Shown: in pieces, positions 59,301 to 64,000 of the stretch
How the letters are laid out: each line of letters begins with the position of its first letter
Position numbering within the stretch: position 1 is the first letter of the stretch
Assembly: GCA_000182565.2 (NCBI GenBank)
Contig: KQ257451.1
Reading direction: 5' to 3' (one strand)
From: Spizellomyces punctatus DAOM BR117
Lineage: Eukaryota
DNA length: 64,000 nucleotides
The notes under the pieces: model-generated
Database searches by the model: none
What the model was told of the DNA's origin: nothing
What the model saw: only the letters and a program-made list of their open reading frames with translations
Translations under genes and position numbers: made by a program

Positions 59301-60950
59301 GGTCTGGTAACGAATTCGGGGGACGTTATAGTTATGTACAAACCCTTCTTCTTTTAAGTAATACACTGGAGTCTTGCTTGTTTAGGTTGCACCATTCAGA
59401 TATTGTAGACACCAGGAGTGCGATGACGATGCTGCATTGCCTAAAGTGCAGCAGCAAACAACAAAAACCCCACAACAACAATAAGAGCGTGGAGCCTACG
59501 TTCTTCAAAGAGTTGCAATCCACGAAATAGACGCGGAAATGTTTGACATTTGCCAATTAAATATGCAAATTCCCATAGTAGCTTATGATCAATGCATCAG
59601 GAGAAAATGGAACAACCCATGGAGAACACACTTCCAACAATGCTTGTTTACAAAGATCATCATGGGGGCGCAACGTAGTATGTGGCAAGATCCCTTACCG
59701 AATCAGGGACCACGGCAGGAACGGGGGGGGGCCCAGTGCGCGCAAAACATTGCGTATCGCTGCTGTGGAGACTTTTTGGCGCACATTGCAACAACAATGG
59801 ATATGGTAACCCTCTTTCATGACTTTTGTCTCCCCCATGCTGCATGGCTGCGAGAAGGGATGACTCTATATTTGTCCCTTTCAGCCCGTTTGGAGCCCGG
59901 TTGGGGCTTGGTCCATGTTGGGGGACCATCAAAACATTACATAATGTCTATTCAAACCATCAAGTCAACAGTGCTGTCATTCGCTATTCCAATCAGGTCA
60001 CACGCTCTCATCAACAAAAAGCCAGCAAACTCAGCACGGAAAAAACCAAATCGCCTTGATGGTTACGTAAGATGACTGGCTTAACTCCGCACACGTCACG
60101 GGAACGCCAGAACAGTTTTCACGAAAGCCCCAGGCCATCAGCAGTGACTCATGTGGTTATTCCTCTTGATGACTCCGTGCCACGGTAGGTATAAGGCGTA
60201 TGGTTTGGCATTGAATTTCCTCCCCAAGATTTAACGTCATGAAGGGGGGGACAAATAGAAGCAATTGACGCTTCTTCTTTCGATGGAACCGGATTTATTT
60301 GTATGGTGCCAAGAGATGTCCCCCTGCCCCTTTTCCAGCTCACGTTACACGCATGATGAGTTCCACAATAATAATAGATGTTCTTGACATGATTATCGTT
60401 TTACTTGAATACCGCGCTACTTTATCTTTGCATTGTGACGTTCGACCGGGGTCGAACCTTTTGCCGCTTTCTTTATTTCTGAACCGCGTTGCACTTGAAG
60501 TAAACTGGAAAAATAACTTTGAACTCCTGTTATGAATGGTCTTTCATGTCCCTCAATGCAATTGCAGTGTGGAGCAGCATCATTTAGCATATGTTCCATC
60601 TTCATTCTTTGGCACGCGCTTCATCTCGGTAATGCCGATATACCTAGAATGTCCAGAACATAATTGACGTCCAATGCTAGGATGAGCAAATTGTGCAAGC
60701 GTATGGTACGATACAACGAGACGAGCAACATTTTCAAGCACGCGCAAAATACTGTTAGAAATCGAGAGCTTAGCTACGCGTTCAATACACGTTCTAAGTT
60801 CTCCCGTTCATCCAATGCTGCCATCGTTCGATTCCTACCCTTTTATCCGATTTTTTCCTGTCCTGGTTTTTTTAAAACAAAAACACAGACGACATCGTCC
60901 ACCACCCTTCCTTGTCCCTCCTCCCGTCCTACCCCACTACTACACCAGCC

Positions 60951-62002
60951 ATGGACCTCCTCACGGCCTTCAACAATCGTTCGCTGGATAGCGATGCCGA
61001 AGTCGCAGCCGCCTTCCCCCTTGGCGCCCACTACAACACTCTCATGGACTGGCGGGTTCCAGTTTTCACATCGGCTATCTATTTCTTTACTGTAAAAGCA
61101 CTCAACCCTCGCTCGTCGTCAACGAGTCACAAATCCGGCGAGCGGTGGACGGATGCGGGCTGGTTCAAAGCTCTAGTCGTGTTACATAACGCTGCCCTAT
61201 GCATTTTTTCGGCAGCAACATTTTTGGGGATGGCACCGAAGTGGGTAGCGAATTTGAGGAGTAGAGGGCTCTACGATGCTGTAAGTTGATTTGTTGGGCC
61301 AGTTCTGGTTTGTTCTAGTCGCGCGTAACATAACAAACACTTTCACTTAGTTTTGCGATCGGAATGAGGAAGTGTGGAATGATTCTCTATTTTATTGGTC
61401 ATGGTTGTTTTACCTAAGCAAGTATTACGAGATTGTAGATACTGTCATCATCCTTTTGAAAGGTGAGTCTCCCTCTTTGAGTATTGCCATTCTACAACGA
61501 TCGTTAACAGATATCGTTACAGGCCGCCGAACATCTATCCTCCAGTCCTACCACCATGCAGGCGCCATTATCTCCATGTGGCTTTGGTAGGTCTCGGATT
61601 CCAATCATGCGTCCATTGCTTATGATTAGACAAAACTAAGAACACCTCCATATTAGTGTTCATTCTCATGCAACTGCGACCTGGATTTTCGTCGTATTCA
61701 ACTCATTCATTCATACCATTATGTACCTCTACTACGCCCTAACGACAGTGGGCCTCAGACCTCCTGGCAAACAATACCTCACCCGAATGCAAATTACCCA
61801 ATTCCTCGTCGGTGGTTCAATCGCTATAACGTATCCCGTCATCCCAGGCTGTCTTAAACAACTTGACCCAACTCAAAGCGCGTCGGAACAGATTGCCTAC
61901 GCTGTTGTGACAGCATATCTAGTTCCCTTGACACTCCTATTTGTTGATTTTGCAAGGCGGACTTATGGCGGAAGAAGTCAAAAGAGAATCAAGGTTGCGT
62001 AA
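60951..62002 (+). CDS. ELO/GNS1/SUR4 fatty-acid elongase, 4 exons
   Basis: LHNAALCIFS, WLFYLSKYYEIVDT, LQSYHH box, VFNSFIHTIMYLYY, LTRMQITQF, LFVDF..TY, C-terminal KRIKVA. Confidence 0.95.
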
Positions 62003-62239
62003 TGTTGCAGACTAGTTTGAATAGGAGGAGAGCATTGTTGGGATTCACTGTAGTCTCTAGTTTGACATATTAGCACTTTTTTTACCATTACCTACGTACG
62101 ATTTATGCCATTAAACATTGAAAAAAAATAAAGAATTCATGACAGCGATGGTTTTGAACGCACAATATGCAACCATGTCTTTTGGCAAACAAAATGCAGA
62201 AATGGACAAAATGCGTCACCGAGGGAACAACTGCATGTG

Positions 62240-63232
62240 TCACTCCTCCTTCTTTTGCAAATACTGCTTCAAGTACCCAGCAGCAAGTTCTGCGACCTTC
62301 TCCAACGTACCTAGGTCAGAATAATAAGTGTTCTACAGAGCAACGTCCGAAAAAAAGGAGAACCAATGCGCATACCAGGTTCCTCAAACAAGTGCGTAGC
62401 GCCAGGGACAATGTCCAATTTTTTGACAGTGGTAGATGGAATGGCTTCAAAAGCTTCCCTAAACAAAACACATCAATATCCGGATGTCATTGTCAAAGAA
62501 ACGTAGATGACAACTTGTTCATCTCAATAACATCATAATCCAATCCTCCCACTATCAAAAACGTGGGAGTGGTGATATGGCTCAAGACTTCCTTGGGCAC
62601 CAAGTCTGGACGACCTCCTCGGGATATGGCGCATTTGACCCGATCAGGGCGATGGTAAGCTGCCCAGAGTGCCGCTATGGTAGTTGTGCTGAGATGTGAG
62701 AAACGAGGTATCATCGTGTGTAAAGTGGCTATTCCTGCAGTCGCACCTGCTCCGCCTGTGGATGCTCCAAAGGTCCCGACAGGATAGTCCTTGGTGGATT
62801 CGTCTTGAGCGAGATGATCGATAGCTGCTACAACCCGCCGGGTGAGCATGGCTGAATGTACAATGAGGTCAATCTTGCTACCATGGCGGTGGAAATGAAA
62901 AGATGGAGACTAACGGATATCAAATCGTAAATGCCTTGTGTAATTGTCAACTCTCTCCTCATCTTTTGTCAACAGATCCATCAAAAGCGTCCCAATCCCA
63001 TTTTTGTGAAGAACACTGGCAACGTACTGCATGCTGTGTGAGGACAATGCGATAGCGCATACAACGTAGCATCTCATAGGCAACACACTTGGTTCCTGGA
63101 GCTGAATCTGCTTGATCCGCTTCCATGAGCGAACACACAAATCCCGCGTTGTGGATCAGGAGGGAGGTGCAAGTCTCCTTCCAGTTGCTTTCCGTCGGCA
63201 TTGATTGAAATGGTGTGCCCGACTGTAGTCAT
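62240..63232 (-). CDS. Small alpha/beta hydrolase, bacterial dienelactone-hydrolase-like family, multi-exon
   Basis: LEGDLHLP..CVFAHGSGSSRFSSRN, GIGTLLMDLLTKDEE, LRFDI, FGASTGGAAAL (nucleophile elbow), SRGGRPDL, PTFLIVGGLD, VPGATHLFEEP|GTLEKVAELAA. Confidence 0.88.
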
Positions 63233-64000
63233 GATACAGTGCTTGGTTGATATTAGATCGAGTGCAGTGGACTGGCAGACTTAACACACTTGCTATGACG
63301 TAAAATGTGGACAATGCACGTGCTCAGTCCAAAAAAGTTAACCCCCTACTTTGCACACTTGCTTGCACCCATTGTGTATTCATTATAATCAACAACTTTC
63401 CATATTTCTTCCTTTAATAGAAATATTACAGGAGCGGACCGCGCGAACGCAATCCCTCCCACCACCAAAAAATGTCCACTCACGCTGACTCCGAAGAGCC
63501 AGGTGACCCCGGGCCTTCGAACTGTTGTGCAATGTCGAGAACCCGAGATAGCCACCGCCTTGTTGATCACGGTAAGCTCGTAGCAGGTAAGTATGCAGGA
63601 ACAGGGAGGGGCGTGGGGACGCGCTGCTTTTATAGACGAGAGCAACTGCGCCACAACTGCGCTTGAAAAATGAAAAAACGCGTTGATTGGCTGAATTTGG
63701 CATCGGAATATTTATCACTGTTGACATGGTGATAGTATTACGACACTCACCCGCTCAAAATAGTTTAATGACGTTGTCGCAGTTTTACCTAAGGATTGGC
63801 CTAGTAATTGTCCCAGTAGATCTCTTCATTCCTTGACGCTCGTTTCTTGCGCTTGAGGGTTGAATTTGCCACCTGGGCAATATAGGGCACGGCACTCTTG
63901 GCTAGCATAGTCACCTACTTGCCCCCTGCAACCGATAGAGTATCAAGCCCGACATAGTTCAATATGACGATGCAAGAAACATTGCGAGAGCAAGTTGGCG

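Overview
Gene-dense eukaryotic DNA with short GT-AG introns, almost certainly fungal. An early-diverging (chytrid-like) lineage is inferred from gene content only (full-length RFX, multi-TM hybrid histidine kinases, plant/stramenopile-like NRT2). It contains about 21 protein-coding loci and two tRNAs (Val-AAC; intron-containing Asn-GTT). Conserved genes include an MFSD1-like transporter, a Myb protein, a histidine acid phosphatase, two PPR-like proteins, importin-5, UBR7, CCDC137, RFX, ATG10, ATG1, NRT2, an ELO elongase and a bacterial-type alpha/beta hydrolase. Two things stand out. (1) A protein at 52626-55516 has an N-terminal membrane-anchor exon missed by the ORF track, an acidic repeat stalk, about 12 tandem PAM2-like (PABP-binding) motifs and two Nab2-type CCCH fingers; it is a candidate organelle-anchored poly(A)-mRNP tether. 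(2) A signalling cluster at 26-40 kb has an intact hybrid histidine kinase, a divergent MHYT sensor and a paralogous pseudo-kinase (His->Asn, no G-boxes) with two intact receivers; a stand-alone receiver gene lies at 56 kb. Exon boundaries were read by eye, family assignments come from remembered motifs, and no database searches were run.
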